The notes under the pieces: generated by a model | What the model saw: the letters and a program-made list of their open reading frames with translations, nothing else | Databases searched by the model: none | Told to the model about the DNA's origin: nothing | Part shown: piece after piece, positions 37,023 to 46,904 of the stretch | Position numbering within the stretch: the stretch's first letter is position 1 | Layout: every line of letters begins with the position of its first letter | Source of the DNA: Candidatus Kaiserbacteria bacterium RIFCSPHIGHO2_01_FULL_53_31 | Lineage (GTDB): Bacteria; Patescibacteriota; Minisyncoccia; Phycocordibacterales; Phycocordibacteraceae | Reading direction: 5' to 3' | Length of the DNA stretch: 64,000 nt | NCBI GenBank assembly: GCA_001781095.1 | Contig: MFKU01000005.1 | Span: 3,651 to 67,650 of the forward strand | Translations under genes and position numbers: made by a program

Positions 37023-37859
37023 TCAAAAGCTGTACGCGAGCTTCACGATCGGGGTGACCCGTGCGAACTCCGTCAGCTTCACGCCCACGGTTACGCACCA
37101 ACCAGCGCCGAGCTCTTTCGTGAGATCGAGCTCGCCTCGCCATACGTGGCGGTGTTCCACTGCGCCGCCACCGTTAAGATTGGCGGCATGTGCAAGCTCG
37201 CCATGTCCTCTCAGCTCTCCGACGAGCGGCAAAGTGAAAGGAACGTCGAGCCGGATACCGGTACGCACGAAGTCGAGATCGATTTCGTCGATCCCAAACA
37301 GGTGGATATACCGTGCAAACGGCGCGATGCCGACGCGGCCCACCTGCAACTCCTTGCTAACCTCCCCGTACACCTCGAAGTAGTCGTCCGAGATGTCGTT
37401 GAGGCCTTTACCAAGGTCGAGCGCGAAGTACGCGGCATAGATCTCATAATTGACCTTTCCAACCGGTGTTTCCACCGAATTATCATAGGTCAGCTCGAGA
37501 TCCCACTCATCGCCGGGTCCTCGCTCGGCGTACTTCCCGTCGTCAGAAAGCTCGACCGAAGTCCAGACATCGACGGAGAAATGTCCGCAGCTCACCAAGA
37601 ACATATCCTGGTTCACCGGCTTGTTGCCCGAAGCCTCGAAGCCGAAATCCTGTAAAGGATACGACCCCTGAAACCCGAGCACTATCAATCGCGAGCAGCG
37701 GCCGTCAGCAGAGTGCAGAGTGTCGACCTGGTGGTCGTCACGTGGTCCCGCACCTTCAGAGACGGTTTGAGCTGAAGCGAAAAGTGGTTCATCGGCGAGC
37801 ACGACGCTCGCGGCGATAAATGTTGAAAGCAGAATTGTAAGGAACATGGCCATTTGCAT
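37023..37859 (-). CDS. secreted beta-rich hypothetical protein ending in ...AYSF
   Basis: Start at MQMAMFLTILL with AGGGGG SD; alternating hydrophobic pattern; C-terminal Phe. Confidence 0.5.
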   Translation of the reverse strand: MQMAMFLTILLSTFIAASVVLADEPLFASAQTVSEGAGPRDDHQVDTLHSADGRCSRLIVLGFQGSYPLQDFGFEASGNKPVNQDMFLVSCGHFSVDVWTSVELSDDGKYAERGPGDEWDLELTYDNSVETPVGKVNYEIYAAYFALDLGKGLNDISDDYFEVYGEVSKELQVGRVGIAPFARYIHLFGIDEIDLDFVRTGIRLDVPFTLPLVGELRGHGELAHAANLNGGGAVEHRHVWRGELDLTKELGAGWCVTVGVKLTEFARVTPIVKLAYSF

Positions 37860-37983
37860 CCCCCTATCTTCATGTAGAAAACGGGCTGGTTGCGATTTGC
37901 ACCGTCTGTATTTATGATAGCATATTGACACATGATTGTCAATAGTTGTGAAATGTGCGGCAGTTGCGGGCTATAATTGACCC

Positions 37984-38703
37984 ATGCGACACCACGCGTT
38001 TGTCATTGAAGCTTCGGCAAACGAAGGGATTGAGATAGCTCAAAAATGGCTTGAAAGCGAACTCGGTTTACACGCAAAAGGCCCCTCGACAAGGCTCGGG
38101 GCAGGCAATCCTGACGTTGTCACCCTCCGGTACGGACTCTTCTCGGTCGCTGATGCACGGCGCGTGAACGAGATCGCCTCACAGGCGCCGATTTCTGGAA
38201 GTCAGAAAGCGATCATCATCGCAGCCTCTCGTGCATATCACGAGGCGCAAAACGCACTTCTGAAACTGTTCGAAGAGCCACCGGCTGGTACGTATTTATT
38301 TCTAATACTTCCATCCTTGGGTGGAATCCTGCCGACGCTGAGTTCACGCGTACAGGTTATAAAGCACGAAATCCGAAATACGAAATCAGGAAAAATCAAG
38401 AAGCACGAAATAAATCCGGCCGAAGAGTTTATGAAGGCGTCCAAGGAGAAGCGAAGTGCGATGATTAAGAAACTCGCGAGCGGCAAGGATGATGAACAAC
38501 GACGTGAACTTCGCGATGAGGCAATAGCCATCGTGGATGGTATTGAGGCTATTGCATACTCTCGCGGAGGTTTAACCTCCACGGATGCAACTGCACTACT
38601 GTCTGACGTTGCGACGCTGCGTGGATATCTCCATGATCGTAGTGCGCCCGTGCGCATGATCCTCGAGCATCTATCGCTCGTCATTCCAAAGAATTTGAGC
38701 TAA
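37984..38703 (+). CDS. holB: DNA polymerase III delta-prime subunit-like (short form)
   Basis: ...AQNALLKLFEEPPAGTYLFLILPSLGGILPTLSSRVQV matches the delta-prime/clamp-loader box. Confidence 0.7.
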   Translation: MRHHAFVIEASANEGIEIAQKWLESELGLHAKGPSTRLGAGNPDVVTLRYGLFSVADARRVNEIASQAPISGSQKAIIIAASRAYHEAQNALLKLFEEPPAGTYLFLILPSLGGILPTLSSRVQVIKHEIRNTKSGKIKKHEINPAEEFMKASKEKRSAMIKKLASGKDDEQRRELRDEAIAIVDGIEAIAYSRGGLTSTDATALLSDVATLRGYLHDRSAPVRMILEHLSLVIPKNLS

Positions 38704-38738
38704 ACTACAATCCACTACCTATCACCTAGAACCTATTT

Positions 38739-39290
38739 ATGGCATACGATTTTAAAAAATTGAAGCAGGTGATACGAGAGACCGAGGAGTGGCTCTCGCA
38801 CGAGCTCGCAGGTGTGCGTACCGGACGCGCAACGCCGACCTTACTCGATGCCGTGAAGCCCGAAGCGTACGGCACCCGCACAACACTCACGCAGCTCGCG
38901 TCCGTCTCGGTCGAAGACGCGCGAACGCTCCGTATCATCCCGTGGGATGCAACGCTCATGAAAACTATTGAAAAAGGAATTACCGATGCGAATCTAGGCG
39001 TGGGCATCTCCACTGACGGCCAAGGCCTCCGCGTTTCATTTCCTGAATTAACCTCGGAACGGCGCGTTCAGCTCTCAAAGATCGCGGGCGATAAAACCGA
39101 GCAGGCGCGCGTTACGCTGCGCCAGCATCGCACCGATGCACTCCATGAACTTGATGCTGCGCAAAAGGAGGGCGGCATGGGCGAGGACGAAGAAACACGA
39201 TTGAAGGCAGAGATACAGAAACAAATCGACGCAGGCAACGAGAAGCTCGCAGAATTGCTCAAGAAAAAAGAGGCGGAGATAGCCCTCTAA
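38739..39290 (+). CDS. frr: ribosome recycling factor
   Basis: Full-length RRF with VRTGRATPTLLD and the coiled C-terminus. Confidence 0.9.
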   Translation: MAYDFKKLKQVIRETEEWLSHELAGVRTGRATPTLLDAVKPEAYGTRTTLTQLASVSVEDARTLRIIPWDATLMKTIEKGITDANLGVGISTDGQGLRVSFPELTSERRVQLSKIAGDKTEQARVTLRQHRTDALHELDAAQKEGGMGEDEETRLKAEIQKQIDAGNEKLAELLKKKEAEIAL

Positions 39291-39302
39291 GTATCAGCTG
39301 AA

Positions 39303-40430
39303 ATGGAAATACTCATCTTCATTCTCGTCATCGTCGCACTTATTGTCGTGCACGAATTCGGACATTTCGTTGCGGCGAAGCTCTCGGGCATGCGCGTGGA
39401 TGAGTTCGGACTCGGCTATCCGCCGCGCGCCGCCACGATTGCGACCGTGGGCGAGACGCGCTATACGCTCAATTGGATCCCATTCGGCGGTTTCGTGAAG
39501 ATTTATGGCGAGGACGGATTAGAAAACGAGCAGCAAGCAGGAGGCGGGAATCAGCGAGCGTTTGCTAATCGCCCGCGAGTACTCCAAGCAATTGTTCTCA
39601 TTGCCGGCGTCGCGATGAACCTTCTCTTCGCGTATGCACTCATCACGGGGGCGCTCATCGCAGGAACTCCGCGCGCGCTAGCTCCCGACGATGTCGCGAC
39701 GGCAAGCCATGTCCAGCTCGCAGTCGCCGGCGTGTTGTCCAATTCTCCTGCAGCATTAGCGGGCATTATAGCCGGCGATACAATCACGAGCGCGGTCGAC
39801 AGTCACGGCGCCTGGCATCCCGGAACGGGTGATGACACTGCAGATCCCGAAAGCTTCACACAATTCGTGAGCCGGAGCGAGGGCGGTCCGCTCATACTTT
39901 CTGTTGTACATAACGGCGTGAACTCATCGCTTACCGCCATACCGGTACGAGGTATCGTGCCAGACGATCCGAGCCGCTACGCTCTCGGTGTCGAGGTCGC
40001 GACGATCGGTGTCATCCCGCTCTCCGTCGGCGAGGCCTTCGTCGAAGGCGCTCAACTCACTTGGGGCGCGACAAAACTTACCGCCGTCGGCTTGTGGCAA
40101 TTCTTCTCGAGCGTTTTCACCCTGACTGCAAATTTCTCGCAAGTCGCGGGTCCAGTGGGCATCGCCGGAGTCGTGGGGAGTGCATCGATGGAGGGTGTCG
40201 GCAGTCTGCTCTCGATTATGGCAATCATCTCTATCAATTTGGCAATCATCAATCTCATCCCCGTGCCCGCGCTCGACGGCGGGCGACTGCTGTTCGTCAT
40301 TATTGAAGGATTCATCCGCCGCCCAATCAGACCAAGGATAGCGCAGACAGTGAACAGCATTGGCTTCGCCTTTCTCGTCCTCCTTATGCTCGTCGTCACT
40401 GCGCACGACATCTTCAAAATTCTGGGATAA
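39303..40430 (+). CDS. rseP: RIP metalloprotease RseP (site-2 protease, M50)
   Basis: HEFGHFVAAK; PDZ region; NLIPVPALDGGRLLF. Confidence 0.9.
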   Translation: MEILIFILVIVALIVVHEFGHFVAAKLSGMRVDEFGLGYPPRAATIATVGETRYTLNWIPFGGFVKIYGEDGLENEQQAGGGNQRAFANRPRVLQAIVLIAGVAMNLLFAYALITGALIAGTPRALAPDDVATASHVQLAVAGVLSNSPAALAGIIAGDTITSAVDSHGAWHPGTGDDTADPESFTQFVSRSEGGPLILSVVHNGVNSSLTAIPVRGIVPDDPSRYALGVEVATIGVIPLSVGEAFVEGAQLTWGATKLTAVGLWQFFSSVFTLTANFSQVAGPVGIAGVVGSASMEGVGSLLSIMAIISINLAIINLIPVPALDGGRLLFVIIEGFIRRPIRPRIAQTVNSIGFAFLVLLMLVVTAHDIFKILG

Positions 40431-40434
40431 TTGT

Positions 40435-40461
40435 AAACCGTAAGGCGACGCCTTACGGTTT
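40435..40461. terminator. bidirectional terminator hairpin (AAACCGTAAGGC-gac-GCCTTACGGTTT)
   Basis: 12-bp perfect stem flanked by A/T runs between the convergent genes. Confidence 0.55.
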
Positions 40462-40542
40462 ATTACTGAGTATTAAAACAAGAAGATCCTGCACTGCTGG
40501 AGTGCCGTACAGGCTCTCCTTTGGTTGCAGGATCGGGCGGAA

Positions 40543-40758
40543 TTACCTCTCGGTAAGAATCGAGAACTCGACAGTCGTGAGTTCTTGAAACGCCACGTGT
40601 TCGCGTGGACTAATGGGTGCCATGTGCAGTGGCGCTATTGAGAGGATATGATATCCCGACTTGGTCAATTTTTGTACGAACTGATTTAACTCATTGAAGA
40701 CTTGTTCTGAACTGCTGAAACCGTATTCGCTTTCAAATCGAAACAGCGTCTGTTCCAT
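40543..40758 (-). CDS. small hypothetical protein (71 aa)
   Basis: AGGAGG SD 4 nt before the ATG. Confidence 0.5.
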   Translation of the reverse strand: MEQTLFRFESEYGFSSSEQVFNELNQFVQKLTKSGYHILSIAPLHMAPISPREHVAFQELTTVEFSILTER

Positions 40759-40859
40759 AGGAACCTCCTGTGCGTACTATATGACACTAGTATGTGATAG
40801 TCAATAGCTAGTTAAAAATTGCTTTTGCGGCGTGGATTCGTGGCGTATACTGCACCCAT

Positions 40860-42104
40860 ATGAGGCAATCCAAACTCTTCACCAAAACGCGGCGGGAGGC
40901 GCCGGCGGACGAGGTAGCAAAGAATGCTCAGCTGCTGGTTCGTGCGGGCTTCATCCATAAAGAAATGGCGGGAGTGTACGATTATCTTCCACTAGGTCTT
41001 CGCACCTTGAATAAGATCATCGGGATTATCCGCGAGGAGATCAATGCGATTGGCGGCGAGGAAGTCTTCTTAACAACTTTGCAAGACCCAGAAATCTGGA
41101 AGAAGAGCGGGCGCTGGGACGACGTAGTAGTCGACGTGTGGTTCAAGACACAGTTGAAGAATGGTAGCGACCTCGGACTCGCGAATACGCACGAGGAAGC
41201 GCTTACTGCTCTCATGACAGAACACATCGCGTCGTACAAGGATCTGCCGCGGCAGGTGTATCAATTCCAGACCAAGTTCCGTAACGAGACGCGTGCAAAA
41301 TCTGGCATCATGCGCACACGCGAGTTCATCATGAAAGATCTGTATTCCTTCTCGAAAGACGAAAAACAGCATGCAGAATTGTATGAAAAAGCTGCGCAAG
41401 CGTATGAAAAGATCTTTGCGCGTGTCGGCATTGGCGAGAAGACGTACCGCACATTCGCGTCGGGCGGCTCATTTAGTAAATATTCTCACGAATTCCAAAC
41501 GGTCTGCGATACTGGAGAAGACACTATTTATATCGATACTGATAAGCGTCTGGCTATTAATAAAGAAGTCTATGATGATCCAGAGGTATACGCGACTACC
41601 GGGATCGACAAGGCACAGTTGACGGAAGCGAAGGCAATCGAAGTTGGTAACATCTTCACGCTTAGTACGAAATATTCTGACGCGCTCGGGCTGACCTATA
41701 AAGACGCAGAGGGAATCGCTCTGCCGGTTTTTATGGGCAGTTATGGCATTGGGCCGGGGCGTGTGATGGGCACCATTGTCGAACTTCTTTCAGATGACAA
41801 GGGTCTCGTGTGGCCCGCGAGCGTGTCACCCTTTACATATCATCTCGTGTCGCTTGGACATAACGGCGATGATATCTCAAAAACTGCCGATGAACTCTAC
41901 GAAGACATGTTCAAAGAGGGAATTGAGGTCCTCTATGACGACCGCGAGCTCTCGGCAGGGCAAAAATTTGCGGATAGTGATCTCATTGGCATATCCAAGC
42001 GCATAGTGGTTGGTCGCGAGGCAGTCGCGTCAGATATTTTTGAAGTCGTTGATCGCGCGACGGGATCAACCGTGAAAACGCCCCGCACGGAACTGCTGTC
42101 ATAG
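40860..42104 (+). CDS. proS: prolyl-tRNA synthetase (short form without editing domain)
   Basis: Class II motifs and anticodon-binding domain; 414 aa. Confidence 0.9.
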   Translation: MRQSKLFTKTRREAPADEVAKNAQLLVRAGFIHKEMAGVYDYLPLGLRTLNKIIGIIREEINAIGGEEVFLTTLQDPEIWKKSGRWDDVVVDVWFKTQLKNGSDLGLANTHEEALTALMTEHIASYKDLPRQVYQFQTKFRNETRAKSGIMRTREFIMKDLYSFSKDEKQHAELYEKAAQAYEKIFARVGIGEKTYRTFASGGSFSKYSHEFQTVCDTGEDTIYIDTDKRLAINKEVYDDPEVYATTGIDKAQLTEAKAIEVGNIFTLSTKYSDALGLTYKDAEGIALPVFMGSYGIGPGRVMGTIVELLSDDKGLVWPASVSPFTYHLVSLGHNGDDISKTADELYEDMFKEGIEVLYDDRELSAGQKFADSDLIGISKRIVVGREAVASDIFEVVDRATGSTVKTPRTELLS

Positions 42105-42111
42105 ATGATGT

Positions 42112-43164
42112 ATGGCGAAGTTTTCGAGAAATTCATTTTTCAGCACCGACATCGCCATTGATCTCGGGACATCGCACACCCTTGTCTATGTGCGCGGGCG
42201 CGGCGTTGTTATTAATGAACCCTCCGTTGTCGCAATCAATGACAAGACGAATCAGGTTGTCGCGATAGGTCAAGCGGCGAAGACGATGCTGGGTAAAACG
42301 CCCGCGCACATTCGCACTGTGCGACCGCTGTCGCACGGAGTGATTTCTGATTTTGAGGTAACCGAGGAGCTACTCACCTATTTCATCAACAAAGCGCAGG
42401 GAGGTCGTGCACGGCTCTTCGGCCCGCGAATTGTGATCGGCGTGCCGACGGGCGTGACGAATGTGCAGAGTCGCGCGGTGCGCGATGCTGCGAAGAACGC
42501 GGGCGCGCGCGAAGCGATAATCATTGAGGAACCGGTTGCCGGCGCAATTGGTGCGAAGTTGCCAGTCTCCGAGGCAGTCGGCACCATGGTGCTCGATATC
42601 GGCGGCGGGACGACCGATATAGCGGTCATCGCGCTCGGGGGCACGGTCGCCGCGAAAAGCTCGCAGGTGGCCGGCGATCGTTTCAATGAGAATATCATCG
42701 ATTTCGTACGCAACGAGTTCAAGCTCGGCATTGGTGAACGCACGGCTGAAGAGGTGAAAATAGCGATCGGCGCTGTTATGCCGCTTTCGGAGTCGCTCTC
42801 GCGAAGCGTACGTGGCCGCGACTTCGCGATGGGCCTGCCGAGAGAGATTGTGCTTACCGATGCACACATTCGCGACGCCATTACACCGTCGCTCGACGCG
42901 CTCATGGATGCAATGAAGGAAGTCATTGAAGCCACGCCGCCCGAACTTCTCTCCGATGTGCTCGAGCGCGGCGTAACCGTTTTCGGCGGAGGCGCGCTCC
43001 TGCGCGGCCTACCGCACGTGCTCGCGAAAATGCTCGGCGTACCAATCAAGGTCGCGCCGGATCCTCTGACTACGGTCGTACGCGGAGCGGGTATTGTTAC
43101 GGAAAATCCCTCGCCATACGTGGATTTCTTTATCGATGAAGAAGACATTCTTAGCGAAGCGTAA
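42112..43164 (+). CDS. mreB: rod-shape protein MreB
   Basis: DIAIDLGTSHTLVYVRGRGVVINEPSVVAI...VLDIGGGTTDIAVIALGG; first gene of mreBCD-mrdA. Confidence 0.9.
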   Translation: MAKFSRNSFFSTDIAIDLGTSHTLVYVRGRGVVINEPSVVAINDKTNQVVAIGQAAKTMLGKTPAHIRTVRPLSHGVISDFEVTEELLTYFINKAQGGRARLFGPRIVIGVPTGVTNVQSRAVRDAAKNAGAREAIIIEEPVAGAIGAKLPVSEAVGTMVLDIGGGTTDIAVIALGGTVAAKSSQVAGDRFNENIIDFVRNEFKLGIGERTAEEVKIAIGAVMPLSESLSRSVRGRDFAMGLPREIVLTDAHIRDAITPSLDALMDAMKEVIEATPPELLSDVLERGVTVFGGGALLRGLPHVLAKMLGVPIKVAPDPLTTVVRGAGIVTENPSPYVDFFIDEEDILSEA

Positions 43165-43975
43165 CGCACTGCTCGCGTTTTCGAATCTATCGTGGGGCGC
43201 TGTCGCGCTTCTCGTAGCCCTCGTCGTGCTCGCCCTACGGCTTATCGCTCCAAATATGTTCTGGAAAATATCGTCGCCCGTTTTCGGCGCGGCGGACACG
43301 CTTGCGAGTGCAAGCCACACGCTGCTTTCCGGATTTAATGACACGGCGGCTCTTGCGATCAGAAATGAACAGCTCGCAGAGCAGAACAATGCATTGTCGC
43401 TAGAGAATCAGGCGTTGCAACAGAAAGTAACGGGCCTACTGTTACTGCTGGGTAGAGAGAAGACGGGTGGGACCGAGTCGGGCATTCTCGCGAGGGTCGT
43501 CGCGCGTCCGCCGACGAGTCCATATGATACCCTTCTTCTCGCCGCGGGAACGAACATAGGCATCACAGAGGGAATGGGAGTCTTTGGTGCGGGCGGCGTT
43601 CTTCTCGGCAGCATTGAAGCAACATCAGCCGATTATTCGCAAGCAGTCCTTTTATCTGCTCCAGGCGTGCGCAGCGACGCCTGGAGCGGACGCAATAACG
43701 TTCCGATTACTCTCCTTGGTGCAGGCGGAGGAGCCGTGAATGCCTCGGTCGCGCGCTCCGCAGACATCGTGGAGGGCGATGCAATTTTCATATCAGGACC
43801 AGGGACACTTCCCATTGGTTTCGTTACGCGTATTGATAGTAATCCATCTTCACCGTCGGTTACCCTTCGCATCACGCCTGCGCTCAATCTGTTTTCGCTC
43901 ACCTGGATAAGTGTGCGTGCGACAGGAGCGACCTCGCTCATTTCAATTCCTGTAGCGACCTCGACAATTCCATGA
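43136..43975 (+). CDS. mreC: rod-shape protein MreC
   Basis: N-terminal TM, coiled coil (QLAEQNNALSLENQALQQKV), beta-rich C-terminus; start uncertain (overlaps the mreB end). Confidence 0.7.
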   Translation: MKKTFLAKRNALLAFSNLSWGAVALLVALVVLALRLIAPNMFWKISSPVFGAADTLASASHTLLSGFNDTAALAIRNEQLAEQNNALSLENQALQQKVTGLLLLLGREKTGGTESGILARVVARPPTSPYDTLLLAAGTNIGITEGMGVFGAGGVLLGSIEATSADYSQAVLLSAPGVRSDAWSGRNNVPITLLGAGGGAVNASVARSADIVEGDAIFISGPGTLPIGFVTRIDSNPSSPSVTLRITPALNLFSLTWISVRATGATSLISIPVATSTIP

Positions 43976-44226
43976 TGCGCGGTATCGTGACAATTTTAAC
44001 GTTTGTATCGGTCGTGCTATTTCCATGGCCGCTCTCTGCGTTTGTCGCGCTCATTGCAGGGGTTTCAGAGCCACTCGTACCGCTTGCGGCGGGCTTATTT
44101 GCGGACACTCTCTATTACATGCCGCAGTCTGGCGCATGGCCACTCTTCACTCTTTCAGGAGCAGTGGTGACTATCATCGCAGCAATCGTGCATGACCGGC
44201 TCCGGACGAGTAGAATTGGTGGATGA
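43972..44226 (+). CDS. mreD: MreD-like small membrane protein
   Basis: 84 aa, 3 TM, position between mreC and PBP2, ATGA coupling at both ends. Confidence 0.45.
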   Translation: MMRGIVTILTFVSVVLFPWPLSAFVALIAGVSEPLVPLAAGLFADTLYYMPQSGAWPLFTLSGAVVTIIAAIVHDRLRTSRIGG

Positions 44227-45959
44227 GATGGTTCCACAGGGCTCACCATGCATGGAGGCGCAGGCGACAGTCAAATCGGGAGATTGCTCCAGATGAGATA
44301 TTTCTGGATGTATCGAATGCGCCCGCGTTTGATCGCGATCGTTTCGAGGGCAGAATCGAGAAGCCGCTCTCGCGCGGGACATTCATTTCTCTCTCCAGTG
44401 TGCTTGGACTTCTTGTTGTCATACTTATAGTGCGAGCCGGCGATCTCCAAGTGATGCGCGGTGCTTCCTTTGCAGACGAAAGCATGAACAATAGTCTCGA
44501 AGCGGCGACACTGTTCGCACCGCGCGGCATTATCGTGGATAGGAACGGCGTTGTTCTGGCCGAGAATGTTGAGAGGGAAGACGGAAGTATGGGGCGCCGT
44601 TACCCTATGCCGTCCATGGGTCAGATCATCGGATACGTGTCCAATCCCAGGAAGGACTCGAGCGGTAAATATTACGATACGAGCCAGACAGGACTCGCCG
44701 GACTTGAGGCGCAGTATGACGGACTTCTCACGGGCGTAAACGGCAGGGTGCTTACGGAGAAGGATGTACGCGGGCAGGTTCGATCAGAGGGAACCATCGT
44801 ACCGTCAAAGGAGGGCGAGACCTTGCGGCTCGCGATTGACGCGGATCTTGAGCGATTCCTCGCGAGCGCTATTGGCGAGACGGCAAGCAGCCAAGGGTTC
44901 ATCGCGGGGGCAGGCGTTATTATGGACGTTACGAACGGCGAGGTAGTCGCGATTGTATCGTACCCGAGTTACGACCCAGGCGTGATGTCGAGCGGCGAGC
45001 CAGCTGAAACAATCGCTGGGTACAATACGAGCGCAGGGTATCCATTCCTCGACCACGCGGTCCAGGGTGTGTACGTTCCAGGATCGGTCGTAAAGCCATT
45101 CATAGCTTCGGGAGCACTTACCGATGGGCTCATTAGCCCTGATACCGTTATCGACGACCCGGGGTTCCTGTCACTGCCGGATCCATATCATCCGGGTGAA
45201 AAATTCATATATAAAGGATGGCGCGCGCTCGGCCCGGTCGATGTGCGGAAGGCGATCTCGTGGTCATCGGACGTTTTCTTCTATACGGTTGGTGGGGGTT
45301 TCGGAAATCAGAAAGGTCTTGGTATTGATCGACTTGATTATTGGTATCGACAATATGGCCTCGGCAGTTTGACGGAGATTGATCTGCCCGGCGAGGCGAC
45401 TGGACGCATACCGACACCAGAGTGGAAGAAGACGACCTTTAATGAACCGTGGTATCTCGGTGATACGTATTTCACCGCGATCGGACAGTATTCAACGCAG
45501 GTGACTCCGATACAAATGGCTCGAGCTACAGGTGCCGTGGCAAATGGCGGGAAGCTCTTCACGCCAACGGTACGCGCGGGGCAGCCGTCAACATACGCAC
45601 TTGTGCCCGTGAGTGCTGACGCACTTGCGGTCGTGCGCGAAGGCATGCGTGCAAGCGTAACGAACAGTCCGCTGGCGGGCCTCCTCAATTTCTCCTATGT
45701 CGCCGTCGCGGCGAAGACGGGTACGGCACAGACCGGCACACGCAACCAATTCGACAATTCATGGGTCGAAGGATTTTTTCCCTATGAGAATCCGCGGTAT
45801 GCATTCGCTGTAGTGCTCGAACGCGGTCCTGCTGGAGCAGGCGAGCAATCGGTGAATGTCATGCGCAGATTTTTCGACCTGCTCCGCGAGCAGAATTCAG
45901 TCTATGTCGGCGGGAACAGTGCGTCTGTGAGCAGAAGCGCATCAACGACGCCTCGCTAG
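44223..45959 (+). CDS. mrdA: penicillin-binding protein 2 (elongasome transpeptidase)
   Basis: SVVKPF (SxxK), SSD-like and KTGTA motifs; TM anchor. Confidence 0.9.
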   Translation: MRWFHRAHHAWRRRRQSNREIAPDEIFLDVSNAPAFDRDRFEGRIEKPLSRGTFISLSSVLGLLVVILIVRAGDLQVMRGASFADESMNNSLEAATLFAPRGIIVDRNGVVLAENVEREDGSMGRRYPMPSMGQIIGYVSNPRKDSSGKYYDTSQTGLAGLEAQYDGLLTGVNGRVLTEKDVRGQVRSEGTIVPSKEGETLRLAIDADLERFLASAIGETASSQGFIAGAGVIMDVTNGEVVAIVSYPSYDPGVMSSGEPAETIAGYNTSAGYPFLDHAVQGVYVPGSVVKPFIASGALTDGLISPDTVIDDPGFLSLPDPYHPGEKFIYKGWRALGPVDVRKAISWSSDVFFYTVGGGFGNQKGLGIDRLDYWYRQYGLGSLTEIDLPGEATGRIPTPEWKKTTFNEPWYLGDTYFTAIGQYSTQVTPIQMARATGAVANGGKLFTPTVRAGQPSTYALVPVSADALAVVREGMRASVTNSPLAGLLNFSYVAVAAKTGTAQTGTRNQFDNSWVEGFFPYENPRYAFAVVLERGPAGAGEQSVNVMRRFFDLLREQNSVYVGGNSASVSRSASTTPR

Positions 45960-46007
45960 GTATAGAAATGGTGAAGCGGCCCCGTTTTTTATGCGGGACC
46001 GCCGTGT

Positions 46008-46715
46008 TTATGCTGTGCAGATGACGCAGGGCTTGCGCCTGTGCACATTGCGTCTGAACTGCAGAATGAGGGACGCGAGTGTACGATTGAGGACAATCGT
46101 TCCGTGGCCGTTGGCGAATCGACGTACAGGTCGTGCTCCGAGAGCCAATGTTGAAGCTCGTGGAACGATGCGGTCAGTGCTCGAATGGACGGAGAGCAGC
46201 GGTACAGTCTGACCACCGTCCTTCTTGCATTTGAGGCATTTTGCGATCACATCCATTCGCCAGCTCTTGTTCATATCGATTCCGAGCATCGCGTGCGCTT
46301 TAGCTGCAAGCGGTATGAGTACCAGCGGCGAAGCAAGCGAGACAGTGGGAATGCCGGTCGCGAAGTGGGTGTGGTAGCCAACATCTCCGCCGTAGGAATG
46401 TCCGACGATGAGCGAGATTTCGTGACGGTTACAGAACGTCGTAAGGATTTCCACGTTCTCCTGCATGTCGCCGAAATTGTACTGATGCCAGGTAAGCGGA
46501 TGGTCGAATATCTGACACCCGAGGTTCTCAAGTCGCGTCTTGAGCGGCACGTACAGTCGCGTATGCTGCGGCGCACAGAATCCTGGCAAAAAAAGCACTC
46601 GGACGATTTTGCCATTGTGCTGTTTCTTTCGAGCAGGACTGGAGCTGGATAACATTGCTTGCATAACGTCCCCAAGATCCTTTACCGCCCCCAAAAAGTA
46701 TTGAAGAACTTCCAT
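46008..46715 (-). CDS. alpha/beta-fold hydrolase
   Basis: GHSYGG nucleophile elbow; AGGAGG SD 6 nt upstream. Confidence 0.7.
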   Translation of the reverse strand: MEVLQYFLGAVKDLGDVMQAMLSSSSPARKKQHNGKIVRVLFLPGFCAPQHTRLYVPLKTRLENLGCQIFDHPLTWHQYNFGDMQENVEILTTFCNRHEISLIVGHSYGGDVGYHTHFATGIPTVSLASPLVLIPLAAKAHAMLGIDMNKSWRMDVIAKCLKCKKDGGQTVPLLSVHSSTDRIVPRASTLALGARPVRRFANGHGTIVLNRTLASLILQFRRNVHRRKPCVICTA

Positions 46716-46904
46716 GGAATACCTCCTTATAGACGTTAGTTGTCTGATGAGATTTCCCAGTCTGAGCTCAACAATAGCAGGTCTCAGATATAGGGCTCAG
46801 GATGGGGTGCGTAACCGGTCACTTGACAGATATAGGCATGTATGATAGGATATTGACGGAAGCGGTCATTCGGAGAATCCGAGCCGCTAGGTGAGGAGGA
46901 AGTA

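Noticed and set aside
36747-37655. 302-aa plus-strand ORF
   Set aside because: Antisense to the secreted-protein gene 37023..37859; Arg/Ser-rich composition; no SD.
42378-43169. 263-aa minus-strand ORF antisense to mreB
   Set aside because: Ser/Arg/Ala-rich shadow frame of a highly conserved gene.
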